This document shows, piece after piece, positions 34,751 to 34,955 of a stretch of 34,955 nucleotides of DNA. Made by a program: the position numbers and the translations under genes. The stretch comes from an uncultured bacterium (GTDB lineage: Bacteria; Actinomycetota; Acidimicrobiia; Spongiisociales; UBA4744). The stretch's first letter is position 1. The number at the start of each line of letters is the position of its first letter. Location: assembly GCA_965549635.1 (NCBI GenBank), contig CBEVHI010000003.1:1-34955 (forward strand). Reading direction: 5' to 3'. The notes beneath the pieces are model-generated. The model saw only the letters and a list, made by a program, of their open reading frames with translations. It was not told the origin of the DNA and searched no databases.

Positions 34751-34812
34751 CTGGTGGTGTGTCGCCCAATCAGTGTCAGGGACCCGGCAACACTTGGGCC
34801 ACGGACCACTAG
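34751..34812. repeat. 62-bp imperfect palindromic element containing copy 2 of the 29-bp repeat
   Basis: Nested inverted segments: CTGGTGGT...ACCACTAG ends, CCCA/TGGG and AGTGT/ACACT. Confidence 0.65.
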
Positions 34813-34955
34813 GTCCGGCGAATGCCGGCTCTCTTTGCCACGAGATCCCACAGTCTGCCTGCGACCTCGACCTTCGTCAGCAGCGGCCAGAGATCGATGT
34901 GGCCATCACTCTCGATGATGGCCACCTGGTTCGTATCCGTCCCGAATCCCGACCC
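34809..34955 (-). CDS. coaBC: 3' end of bifunctional phosphopantothenoylcysteine decarboxylase/ligase (partial)
   Basis: My translation GSGFGTDTNQVAIIESDGHIDLWPLLTKVEVAGRLWDLV...* matches the CoaBC C-terminus. coaBC-metK is the standard actinobacterial order. Confidence 0.85.
   Translation of the reverse strand, partial: GSGFGTDTNQVAIIESDGHIDLWPLLTKVEVAGRLWDLVAKRAGIRRT

Noticed and set aside
34713-34955. SAM riboswitch upstream of metK
   Set aside because: No SAM-I/IV core motifs. The region is the coaBC 3' end plus a palindromic repeat, and metK looks leaderless.

Overview
High-GC actinobacterial chromosome window (16S/23S signatures and gene order suggest Acidimicrobiia), almost all core genome. 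Left arm: thioredoxin behind a CsoR/RicR-type palindrome, galK, a small Cys-rich protein, SURF1, an unannotated 59-aa ORF, gamma-glutamyltransferase, a lipoprotein, an SSB paralog, an MBL hydrolase, an L,D-transpeptidase and a TPR protein. Centre: a complete minus-strand rrn operon (16S-23S-5S, no spacer tRNA). Its 23S gene is interrupted at E. coli position 1931 by a 707-nt group I intron, whose single-motif LAGLIDADG homing endonuclease ORF overlaps the ribozyme core at both ends. Right arm: tyrS, a class A PBP with PASTA domains, mpg, argF, pheT/pheS, a TrmH-family methylase, rplT/rpmI/infC, the rib operon with an FMN riboswitch, a REC-GGDEF protein, rpe, fmt, def, priA, metK and the 3' end of coaBC. 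Most notable: the intron/HEG; a TyrRS whose HIGH motif reads TLGW (and KMSKS reads KMSQS); the hidden 59-aa gene; a 29-bp intergenic repeat that forms one end of a palindromic MITE/REP-like element; and widespread leaderless-gene architecture. No searches or folding programs were run; all calls come from reading the sequence.
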